This document shows, one piece after another, positions 30,063 to 38,403 of a stretch of 44,763 bases of DNA. Position numbers and translations under genes: made by a program. Source of the stretch: an uncultured Oscillospiraceae bacterium. GTDB taxonomy: Bacteria; Bacillota; Clostridia; Oscillospirales; Ruminococcaceae. Every line of letters starts with the position of its first letter. Position 1 is the first letter of the stretch. The stretch lies in NCBI GenBank assembly GCA_964370225.1, contig CAYJII010000005.1, forward strand, positions 1 to 44,763. Direction: 5' to 3'. The notes beneath the pieces were generated by a model that was not told where the DNA came from, made no database searches, and was given only the letters and a program-made list of their open reading frames with translations.

Positions 30063-30329
30063 ATGTTAAGAAAAGAAGAAAAAAACGCAATTATCGAACA
30101 AAATCGTGTTCATGAGACTGATACTGGCTCTCCTGAAGTACAAATCGCAGTGTTGACTAAAAGAATCAATGATTTGCAAGAGCATTTCAAAAAACATCAC
30201 AAAGATCATCACTCAAGAAGAGGTCTTTTAAAAATGGTTGGACATCGTAGAAACTTGCTTAAATATCTAAAAAATACTGATATTGAGCGCTACCGTGCAA
30301 CTCTAGCTAAATTAGGCTTGCGTAAGTAA
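30063..30329 (+). CDS. rpsO: 30S ribosomal protein S15
   Basis: 88 aa ending LGLRK with a conserved [15 protein letters not shown] helix. Start set at the ATG 6 nt after RBS GAGGTG. The track ORF uses an upstream GTG. Confidence 0.92.
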   Translation: MLRKEEKNAIIEQNRVHETDTGSPEVQIAVLTKRINDLQEHFKKHHKDHHSRRGLLKMVGHRRNLLKYLKNTDIERYRATLAKLGLRK

Positions 30330-30339
30330 TTTTGTTTGT

Positions 30340-30376
30340 AAGGCAGATGTTTTTCATCTGCCTTACAGTGTTTTTT
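30340..30376 (+). terminator. rpsO terminator hairpin / pnp leader processing element
   Basis: 10-bp stem aaggcagatg/catctgcctt with a T5 loop, followed 6 nt later by T6. Confidence 0.55.
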
Positions 30377-30553
30377 AAAAAAGCAAAAAATCATGTTAAA
30401 ATGGTAGGAGATTAGCATTAAATCGTATATTCAAGCTAAAATTTTGTTTGAAAATAGGATTTATTGCTAAACCTGCCATCGGATATTTGCAGAAAATTTA
30501 TGCAGTCGATATCTGCAAATAGATTTAAGGCAGACTGCTTTAAGGAGAAAATT

Positions 30554-32668
30554 ATGTTAACAGAAAAAAGAACATTTGAAACCACATTTGGTGGACGTAA
30601 ATTTATCGTTGAAACAGGCGAAACTTGTGAATTATCAAACGGAAGCTGTTGGGTAAGATATGGCGAAACTGTTGTTATGGCAAACGTAACTGCATCAGCT
30701 AAACCTCGTGACGGGGTTGACTTCTTCCCTCTTTCAGTTGATTACGAAGAAAAATTATATGCAGTAGGCAAAATCCCTGGCTCTTATTTAAAAAGAGAAT
30801 CAAGACCTAGCGAAAACGCTATCCTAACTTCAAGAATGGTTGACAGACCAATGCGCCCTTTATTCCCAAAAGATATGCGCAATGATGTTTCAATCGTTAT
30901 GACAGTTTTATCATCAGATGTTGACAACTCACCAGAAATTGCTTCAATGGTTGCAGCTTCAATAGCAGTTGCTATCTCTGATATTCCTTTTAATGGCCCA
31001 ATCGCAGGCGTTAACGTAGGTTTAGTTGATGGCGAACTTATTATCAACCCTATTACTGCTCAACGTGAAAAATCCGATCTTCAACTAACTGTTGCTGCTT
31101 CAAAAGAAAAAGTAGTTATGATCGAAGCTGGCGCTAACGAAGTTGAAGATGAAACAATGCTAAAAGCTATCGAATTAGCTCATGACGAAATCAAAAAAAT
31201 GGTTGATTTCATCAGCGAAATTCAAAAAGAAATCGGTAAAGAAAAATTCACTTTCGAGTCACAAGAACTTGATGCTGATATGTTTGCTGATGTAAAAGCA
31301 ATTGCTTATGAAGATACTAAGCTTGCTTTAGATACAGACAATAAACTTGTTCGTGATGAAAGACTACTTCCTATCTACGATAAAGTATATACACAATTAG
31401 AAGAAAAATATCCTGATAGCCAACTAAAACTTGGCGAGTGCATGTACAAACTACAAAAATACATCGTGCGCGATTGGCTTTACGAAGGCAAACGTGTTGA
31501 TGGTCGTGGCATGGATGAAATCAGACCACTTGCTTCAAAAGTAGCTATGCTGCCTCGCGTACACGGTAGCGGTCTATTCACTAGAGGTCAAACTCAAGTG
31601 CTTTCTATTGCAACTTTAGGTCCTGTTAGAGATATTCAAAACCTAGATGGAATTGACGAAAACCTAACAAAAAGATATATGCATCATTATAACTTCCCTT
31701 CATATTCTGTTGGCGAAACTAGACCAAGCAGAGGCCCTGGACGTCGCGAAATCGGACATGGTGCGCTTGCTGAAAAAGCATTAGTTCCTGTACTTCCTTC
31801 ACTAGAAGAATTCCCATATGCAATCCGCGTGGTATCAGAAGTTTTATCTTCAAACGGTTCTACTTCACAAGGTGCAATCTGTGGTTCTACTCTTGCTCTT
31901 ATGGATGCTGGTGTTCCACTAAAAGCTCCTGTTGCTGGTATTTCTTGTGGTCTTATCACAAAAGAAGATGGAAGCTATGCTACAATGGTTGACATCCAAG
32001 GCTTAGAAGATTTCTATGGCGACATGGACTTCAAAGTTGGCGGTACTCATAAAGGTATAACAGCTATCCAAGTTGATATTAAAGTTGACGGTCTGACAAT
32101 GGAAGTTATCAGAGAAGCATTTGAGAAAACTAGAAAAGCTAGACTTTATATCCTAGACGATATCATGTTAAAAGCTATTCCTACTTCAAGAGAAAACGTT
32201 GCTGAGTATGCACCAAAAGTGTTACAAACTAAAATTCACGTTGACAAAATCCGTGAGGTTATTGGTGCAGGCGGAAAAGTTATCCAAAAAATCTGTGCTG
32301 AATGCGACGTTAAAATTGACATTGACGATACTGGTAGCGTAGTAGTTATGGGAGTTAGCCTAGAAAACACAAAACGTGCTCTTGATGTTATCGAAACTAT
32401 AGCAAACGATCCAGAAGTTGGCGCACTTTACAAAGGTGTTGTTACAAGAATTCTTAACTTCGGTGCATTTGTTGAAATTGCTCCAGGTAAAGAGGGTCTA
32501 GTGCACATCTCTAAACTTGACGAACAACGTGTTGCAAAAGTTGAAGATATCGTAAATGTTGGTGACGAGTTAGTTGTTAAAGTAATCAAAATAGACGAAC
32601 AAGGCAGAATTGACCTTTCAAGAAAAGATGCGATTGCTGATTTAGCTGCTAAAAAAGAAGCTGAATAA
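30554..32668 (+). CDS. pnp: polyribonucleotide nucleotidyltransferase (PNPase)
   Basis: Two RNase PH domains, KH (GxxG: IGAGGKVI) and C-terminal S1 (GVVTRILNFGAFVEI). Start set at the ATG with AAGGAG RBS (MLTEKRTFE). The track ORF begins 90 nt upstream in the leader. Confidence 0.93.
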   Translation: MLTEKRTFETTFGGRKFIVETGETCELSNGSCWVRYGETVVMANVTASAKPRDGVDFFPLSVDYEEKLYAVGKIPGSYLKRESRPSENAILTSRMVDRPMRPLFPKDMRNDVSIVMTVLSSDVDNSPEIASMVAASIAVAISDIPFNGPIAGVNVGLVDGELIINPITAQREKSDLQLTVAASKEKVVMIEAGANEVEDETMLKAIELAHDEIKKMVDFISEIQKEIGKEKFTFESQELDADMFADVKAIAYEDTKLALDTDNKLVRDERLLPIYDKVYTQLEEKYPDSQLKLGECMYKLQKYIVRDWLYEGKRVDGRGMDEIRPLASKVAMLPRVHGSGLFTRGQTQVLSIATLGPVRDIQNLDGIDENLTKRYMHHYNFPSYSVGETRPSRGPGRREIGHGALAEKALVPVLPSLEEFPYAIRVVSEVLSSNGSTSQGAICGSTLALMDAGVPLKAPVAGISCGLITKEDGSYATMVDIQGLEDFYGDMDFKVGGTHKGITAIQVDIKVDGLTMEVIREAFEKTRKARLYILDDIMLKAIPTSRENVAEYAPKVLQTKIHVDKIREVIGAGGKVIQKICAECDVKIDIDDTGSVVVMGVSLENTKRALDVIETIANDPEVGALYKGVVTRILNFGAFVEIAPGKEGLVHISKLDEQRVAKVEDIVNVGDELVVKVIKIDEQGRIDLSRKDAIADLAAKKEAE

Positions 32669-32688
32669 TTTATATCGATAAAATAAAA

Positions 32689-32727
32689 GCGAAAAGTTAG
32701 AGAATATTCTCTAACTTTTCGCTTTTT
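32689..32727. terminator. bidirectional intrinsic terminator (pnp / downstream convergent gene)
   Basis: Perfect 15-bp stem gcgaaaagttagaga/tctctaacttttcgc with a 4-nt loop, then T5. Confidence 0.7.
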
Positions 32728-33348
32728 CTATTTAAGTATAAACTCATCGAAAAACTCAGGTCGGTGGAAGTCTGGGAATTCCGTACCAATCGGCGCAAAT
32801 GAACCATAATGTTCTATCTCTGTCTTATCTCCACATTTATAGAAATTTCCGCAGATAATATCTCCTACTTCGTAAGCAATCTCTTTTCCATAAATCTTAC
32901 TTATTACCTCAAGTTTCACTATATACTCTACTTGCCAGCATTCCTCGCCAATAGTTACTACTGGCTTTGGTGAAATATTTGCATCAAACTGAAATCTATC
33001 CCCTCTCCCCTGTCCAAATTCGCAATGAGTGGCGCCATTGGCATTCACCTCAATATTTATGTAACCACTACTCAGCAATGGGGCAAAATCTGCAAAAAAC
33101 TCTAAACAACTATCTTCATGCACTGGGTCATTAATTTCATAAAAGCGAGCAATTGGATTTTTCTCAAAACAAGTCATTCTTACCCAAAAGCCAACATCCC
33201 TGACAAAATAAATTTCCGCATATGTCTTCGGACGATATTCCCCTCCCCAAACATATTTGTCAATGTTAAATTTATACTTGGTCGGACACTCATTCTTGAT
33301 TTGTTTAAGCTCATTTTTGTCGATTATTCTTATAATATTTTCTCGCAT
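32728..33348 (-). CDS. conserved hypothetical cytoplasmic protein (206 aa)
   Basis: ORF-track ORF with no signal peptide. I cannot assign a family with confidence; it may be related to CBM9-like/DOMON-like beta-sandwich proteins. Co-oriented with the downstream AraC gene. Confidence 0.5.
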   Translation of the reverse strand: MRENIIRIIDKNELKQIKNECPTKYKFNIDKYVWGGEYRPKTYAEIYFVRDVGFWVRMTCFEKNPIARFYEINDPVHEDSCLEFFADFAPLLSSGYINIEVNANGATHCEFGQGRGDRFQFDANISPKPVVTIGEECWQVEYIVKLEVISKIYGKEIAYEVGDIICGNFYKCGDKTEIEHYGSFAPIGTEFPDFHRPEFFDEFILK

Positions 33349-33371
33349 ATATGCACTCCTTTAATTGAAAA

Positions 33372-34229
33372 TTAAATTATCATTTCTTTTTTAAATCGAT
33401 TAGGAGTAATTCCCTCGATTTTTTTAAAGGTTGAAATAAAATTATTAGGACTTGAAAAACCGCATTGTTTTGCTATTTGAGCGATAGACATATTACTCAT
33501 CAGCAGTTTTTTCTTGGATTCCTCAATTCTAATTTTCGTCATATATGCATATGGCGAAATATAGTATTGTTTTTTGAACAGAGAGCATAGATAATTCTTG
33601 CTTACATAAAACTTATCCACTAAATCCTGTAATGTAAATTTCTCTGCGTAATGATCGCGCATGTATCTTGTAATATCGACTATCATAGGGTTTGGGATAA
33701 ATGTATCCTTACTTCTCTCAAGCAGTAGATGCACTACTTTTGATATTATTGAGGAGCATTTAAAGTCAATATCCGTATAAAAATTATTTTTTATATCGAT
33801 GATATTTTGTATTTGGTCAGCAATCTCATATGCTCCATGTATATGCTGTACCAATTTTTCATTTTCAAGTAAATAATCATAAATTACGTCCATATTCGGT
33901 ACAGTGAAATGCAAAAAATAAAATTCCCATGTGCAGTTACGCTGAGTGTAGTATATATTGGGGTTCACCGCTTTAATCAAAGCGCTACTGTTTTTAGTAA
34001 GAGTATATGTTTGCCCATTCATTTGAAGCACACCTGTCCCAGATATCGTAACAAGCAATATATACTCATTTTCAAAAGCGAAATTGTTACTGATACGGTT
34101 AACATTGTATAAATCGTTGCACTCATGCCACCCTGCCACAGTAAAAGTGGACAAAGCTAATGCAATCTCTGTTTCACATTTATGTGTGACTAAATTGACA
34201 AGCCCAAAATCTCCGCTTTCATCATACAT
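33372..34229 (-). CDS. AraC/XylS family transcriptional regulator (cupin sensor + HTH)
   Basis: C-terminal double HTH (IAQIAKQCGFSSPNNFISTFKKIEGITPNRFKK) and an N-terminal cupin-like ligand domain. Confidence 0.8.
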   Translation of the reverse strand: MYDESGDFGLVNLVTHKCETEIALALSTFTVAGWHECNDLYNVNRISNNFAFENEYILLVTISGTGVLQMNGQTYTLTKNSSALIKAVNPNIYYTQRNCTWEFYFLHFTVPNMDVIYDYLLENEKLVQHIHGAYEIADQIQNIIDIKNNFYTDIDFKCSSIISKVVHLLLERSKDTFIPNPMIVDITRYMRDHYAEKFTLQDLVDKFYVSKNYLCSLFKKQYYISPYAYMTKIRIEESKKKLLMSNMSIAQIAKQCGFSSPNNFISTFKKIEGITPNRFKKEMII

Positions 34230-34510
34230 TTTATAACACCTCGTTTATATAATAGATAGATATTAATCTATATCATATTTCCTTCTTTTTACTAAGTATA
34301 CATCACAGCATTATAAAAATCAATAGTAAACACAAAGATTTACAAAGGGTTTATATATTAACAAATGTATAATAATGTTAATATTTACTACAATAAATAA
34401 TTCAAAAATTATAGAATATTAATCAAAACATAAAAATCACTTGCAATAGATTTTTTTATGATTATAATCAAAATATAAGATTAATTATCAGATTTTAAGG
34501 AGATGTTTTT

Positions 34511-35653
34511 ATGAGTACAGCGCAAATGACTAAAAGAGAAAGAGTTCTAGCAGCACTTAATAACAAGGATACTGATCAAATGGTCTGGTCCCCTCTAATT
34601 GACCCATATTTTGCAAATTCACTACCACTGCAAGGCTTTAATTTTGATGTAATTGATTCAATGAAATATATCGGAAACGACATCATTTTAAGACATGTTT
34701 GCAATCCTAAGCCTATTGTTAAAAATGTAGAAAAAAGAGAAGAGAAAAACGGAAACACTACTCGTATTTATTATGATACTCCTGTTGGAAGCCTCTATCA
34801 AGAAAATAAAGATAGCGGTGAAACGCACTACATTTCAAAGCATATGGTTGAGTCCATCGAAGACATGAAAGTTTTCCAATATATCTGTGAAAATACAACA
34901 TTCGAATCACGCGCAAAAGAATTTATCGAAATAGACAAAAGAATTGGTGATGATGGTATCGCTACAATGACTGGTCCTACTAGCCCTGTACAAGATCTAT
35001 TGCAATTTATTTGTGGTGTAGAAAATACAGTATATTTACAAATGGATTATGAAGATGAGATGCAAGAGCTTTTCCAAGCAATGCACGAGAAAAACAAACG
35101 TAGCTATGCTGCTTTAATGGATTATCCTGGGGCTGCAGTGTTTGATTACGAGGATACCTCAACTACAGTTATGAATATTAACATGCTTGAAAATGACTCT
35201 GCTCCTTACTATAATGAATACGCTGATATTTGCCATGCAGCTGGCAAAATTTTCATCACACATATGTGTGGCAAACTTGATGGATTTAAAGAAATTATTG
35301 CTACTGGCAGACAAGATGGTATTGATTCAGTTTGCCCACCTACAACAGGCGATTTATATCCATGGGATGCAAGAAAAGCTTGGGGCGAAGGTAAAGTAGT
35401 AATAGGCGGTATTGAACCTCCTTCCCTAGTTTGGATGTCCGTTGAGCAAACACTTAACACTGTTGTTGACATCATCGAAAAAGTAGAAAGCAAACGTGGT
35501 TTTATACTAAGCACAGGGGATGCTACTCCTTTTGGAACTCCAATGAATAATCTGCTTGCAATCACTGAGCTAATTAATACTTTAGGCGCAAATTCGCTTA
35601 AAAACGAGGTAGACAGAGATATCGTGAAAGCAATCGTAGATAAATACAAATAA
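34511..35653 (+). CDS. uroporphyrinogen decarboxylase (URO-D) superfamily protein, MtaA/CmuA-like methyltransferase fold
   Basis: 380 aa. URO-D-like TIM barrel features with a C-terminal metal-binding region (HMCG, CPP). Divergent from the AraC gene. Confidence 0.65.
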   Translation: MSTAQMTKRERVLAALNNKDTDQMVWSPLIDPYFANSLPLQGFNFDVIDSMKYIGNDIILRHVCNPKPIVKNVEKREEKNGNTTRIYYDTPVGSLYQENKDSGETHYISKHMVESIEDMKVFQYICENTTFESRAKEFIEIDKRIGDDGIATMTGPTSPVQDLLQFICGVENTVYLQMDYEDEMQELFQAMHEKNKRSYAALMDYPGAAVFDYEDTSTTVMNINMLENDSAPYYNEYADICHAAGKIFITHMCGKLDGFKEIIATGRQDGIDSVCPPTTGDLYPWDARKAWGEGKVVIGGIEPPSLVWMSVEQTLNTVVDIIEKVESKRGFILSTGDATPFGTPMNNLLAITELINTLGANSLKNEVDRDIVKAIVDKYK

Positions 35654-35832
35654 ATCTTAATGTGAAAAATTATTTTTTTAATAATAATACATAAAAATAG
35701 CGCATAAACATTAATTGATACAAAAGCTTATACTATGCCGTTTATCACAGTTTAACCTAATATTCACAACTAAACTTCTTACAAATTACACCTAAGTGAT
35801 AGCGCAATCGTGCGAATAAGATAGTCAATGAG

Positions 35833-35877
35833 AACGAGGAATTAAAGAGTAAAATCACCTTTAATTCCTCGTTTTTT
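35833..35877 (+). terminator. strong orphan intrinsic terminator 180 nt downstream of URO-D-like gene
   Basis: Perfect 15-bp stem aacgaggaattaaag/ctttaattcctcgtt with an 11-nt loop, followed by T6. Confidence 0.6.
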
Positions 35878-36011
35878 GTCCAAATCAAACAAATTTTGAC
35901 ATTGTAAAAACAAAAGTGGTGTGCTATAATAAAAACATGGAAGTTAACAAATCCAGCATACATAATTTCAATTGAAATCACAAAGAATTTAGTAACGAAG
36001 GAGGACAGCAA

Positions 36012-36623
36012 ATGATTGAGTGGTGGCAAGGCTTGAGCGCCTTGGGAAACATTTTTTTCACCATAGCTTTTTGCGCAACACTTATATTAGTTATTCAAAC
36101 GGTAATGTTGTTGTTTGGAATGGGATTTTCTGAAGCAGAAGTTGACTTTGAGGCAGACATGGAAGGTGTATCTTTATTTACTGTTAGAGGCTTAGTAGCA
36201 TTCTTCTCAGTAGGTGGTTGGACAGGACTTATACTTGTTAACTTAAATTTACACGGGATTGTAGCTATTCTTATTTCTATAGTAGCAGGCTACTTAGCAT
36301 TAATTGCAGTGGCGTATATTTTCAAATTTGCGATGAAGCTACAAGCGGACGCAACCATGGATATAAACTATGCTGTAGGAAGAACAGGCGAAGTGTATAT
36401 TCCAATACCAGCGCAAAAAACAGGGCATGGCAAAGTAAATTTGCTTTTGCACGACACAGTGGTAGAACTAGAGGCAGTGACCGAAGATGAGCAAATTATA
36501 AAAACAGGCCAGCAAATACGAGTTTTATCAGCACTAGACAATCAAACAGTTTTAGTAACATCAGCAAACACATTTATTAAAGACGATGAAACTAATCAAG
36601 ACGAAGAAGGAGCGATGTCATAA
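36012..36623 (+). CDS. NfeD-family membrane protein (YuaF/YqeZ-like, flotillin partner)
   Basis: N-terminal multi-TM segment plus a C-terminal OB-fold region. The stop overlaps the flotillin start (TAATG). Confidence 0.75.
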   Translation: MIEWWQGLSALGNIFFTIAFCATLILVIQTVMLLFGMGFSEAEVDFEADMEGVSLFTVRGLVAFFSVGGWTGLILVNLNLHGIVAILISIVAGYLALIAVAYIFKFAMKLQADATMDINYAVGRTGEVYIPIPAQKTGHGKVNLLLHDTVVELEAVTEDEQIIKTGQQIRVLSALDNQTVLVTSANTFIKDDETNQDEEGAMS

Positions 36624-38044
36624 TGGAAAATATGTTAATATTAATTTTAGTTACAGTAGTTGTTGTACTATTATTCTCAACACTTATCGTTATACTTACA
36701 AGGTACAGACGATGCCCATCAGATAAAATTTTGGTAGTTTACGGTAAAGTAGGCTCAAACAAAGACGGCTCACAAAGAAGTGCAAGATGTATACATGGTG
36801 GTGCGGCGTTCATCGTACCGGTTATACAATCGTATGAATATTTGGATTTGACTCCTATGTCAATTTCCGTTGACCTTAGAAATGCACTTTCTAAACAAAA
36901 TATCAGAATCGACGTTCCATCAAGATTTACAGTTGGTGTTTCAGTTGAACAAGGCGTTATGCAAAACGCTGCTGAGCGCTTACTAGGTTTAAAATTACCT
37001 GAAATTCAAGAGTTAGCAAAAGATATCATATTTGGTCAATTACGTCTAGTAATCGCAACAATGGATATCGAAGAAATTAATACTGACAGGGATAAGTTTT
37101 TATCAGCGGTTTCAAGCAATGTGGAAACTGAGCTTAAAAAAATCGGTTTAAGGCTAATCAACGTTAACGTAACTGACATTTCTGATGAATCTGGCTATAT
37201 CATCGCTTTAGGTAAAGAAGCAGCTGCAAAAGCTATCAACGACGCGAAAATTTCTGTTGCAGAAGCTGATCGCTCAGGTGCTATCGGTGAAGCGAACGCT
37301 CAAAGAGAGCAAAGAATTTCTGTATCACATGCAGACTCAGCAGCTATCCGAGGCGAAAATGAAGCTAGAGCGCAAATCGCTGAATCTAACGCTACATTGA
37401 GCGAAAAACAAGCTGAGGCACTAAAAAGAACTACTATCGCACAAAAAACTCAAGCTGCGAAAGCACTTGAAGAATCATACTCTGCAGAGCAACAAGCTGA
37501 ACAAGCAAGATATGCAAGAGATGAAGCATCACTTGAAGCTGACGTCATCGTAAAAACTGAAATTGACAAACGTCGTCTTGAGCTTGAAGCTGAGGCTGTA
37601 GCTGAACAAATTAGACGTAAAGCTAAAGGTGAAGCGGACGCAATTTACTTAAAAATGGAAGCGGAAGCTCGCGGTGTATCCGAAATGCTTACTAAACAAG
37701 CTCAAGGTTTATCACAAATTATTGCAGCTACTGGCGGTAACGCTGAAAATGCAATGAAACTGATGATTACAGATAAGCTTGAAACTCTAGTTGCTACGCA
37801 AGTAGAAGCAATCAAAAATATCAAAATTGACAAAGTTACAGTTTGGGATAGCGGTGCTAATGCTGATGGGAAAACACAAACAGCAAATTTCTTATCAGGC
37901 ATGATGAAATCACTTCCTCCACTAAACGAAGTTTTTGATATGGCTGGCATGGAGTTGCCTGAATTTTTAGGCAAAGATAAAGTTAGCGCAATTGCAAACC
38001 CAATAGTTGAACAAGCTGAAACTAGCGATACTACTACTGCATAA
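36623..38044 (+). CDS. floT: flotillin-like SPFH/band-7 protein (FloT/YuaG-like)
   Basis: N-terminal TM, SPFH domain, then a long Ala/Glu-rich heptad region (AEAxAEQ repeats) characteristic of flotillins. Confidence 0.85.
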   Translation: MENMLILILVTVVVVLLFSTLIVILTRYRRCPSDKILVVYGKVGSNKDGSQRSARCIHGGAAFIVPVIQSYEYLDLTPMSISVDLRNALSKQNIRIDVPSRFTVGVSVEQGVMQNAAERLLGLKLPEIQELAKDIIFGQLRLVIATMDIEEINTDRDKFLSAVSSNVETELKKIGLRLINVNVTDISDESGYIIALGKEAAAKAINDAKISVAEADRSGAIGEANAQREQRISVSHADSAAIRGENEARAQIAESNATLSEKQAEALKRTTIAQKTQAAKALEESYSAEQQAEQARYARDEASLEADVIVKTEIDKRRLELEAEAVAEQIRRKAKGEADAIYLKMEAEARGVSEMLTKQAQGLSQIIAATGGNAENAMKLMITDKLETLVATQVEAIKNIKIDKVTVWDSGANADGKTQTANFLSGMMKSLPPLNEVFDMAGMELPEFLGKDKVSAIANPIVEQAETSDTTTA

Positions 38045-38078
38045 TAACGAGAATGTTCCGATAAATCTCTTTGTATAG

Positions 38079-38107
38079 TTGACAATAATGCATATTTGGT
38101 ATATAAT
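38079..38107 (+). promoter_or_regulatory. consensus sigma-A promoter TTGACA-17-TATAAT driving SCIFF precursor
   Basis: Exact consensus hexamers at 38079-84 and 38102-07 with a 17-nt spacer, about 50 nt upstream of the peptide ATG. Confidence 0.65.
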
Positions 38108-38156
38108 AATACCGATAACATAGTAACAAAACTTTAATGTTAATGGAGATGAAATA

Positions 38157-38309
38157 ATGGAAAGAATTAAAACAATTAAAACTCGTGATCTACAAACAAG
38201 TGCTAAAACAGGCGGTTGTGGCGAATGCCAAACATCTTGCCAATCAGCATGCAAAACATCTTGCGGTGTAGCAAATCAACCTTGCGAAAACGAAAGCGAA
38301 AGTAAATAA
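38157..38309 (+). CDS. scfA: SCIFF (six-cysteines-in-forty-five) ranthipeptide precursor peptide, 50 aa; not in ORF track
   Basis: Translation MERIKTIKTRDLQTSAKTGGCGECQTSCQSACKTSCGVANQPCENESESK contains the hallmark GGCGECQTSCQSACKTSC core. RBS GGAG 9 nt upstream. Immediately upstream of an rSAM/SPASM gene. Confidence 0.88.
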   Translation: MERIKTIKTRDLQTSAKTGGCGECQTSCQSACKTSCGVANQPCENESESK

Positions 38310-38333
38310 TTAATATTACAGTAAGATTGACAC

Positions 38334-38368
38334 AAAATGCCGCCTTAACTATTAAGGCGGCATTTTTT
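38334..38368 (+). terminator. attenuator / partial terminator between precursor and maturase
   Basis: Perfect 14-bp stem aaaatgccgcctta/taaggcggcatttt with a 5-nt loop and a trailing T-run, placed between scfA and scfB. Confidence 0.6.
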
Positions 38369-38403
38369 ACAGCTATAATATAAATGAATATGAGGAGATA
38401 ATT

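Noticed and set aside
30464-30553. Longer pnp start proposed by the ORF track (MLNLPSDICRK...)
   Set aside because: This stretch covers the pnp leader inverted repeat and lacks an RBS. The internal ATG at 30554 has AAGGAG at optimal spacing and gives the canonical PNPase N-terminus.
35757-36029. 90-aa minus-strand ORF across the nfeD promoter region
   Set aside because: It overlaps a strong plus-strand terminator and the nfeD promoter/RBS, and its composition is low-complexity. It is most likely spurious.
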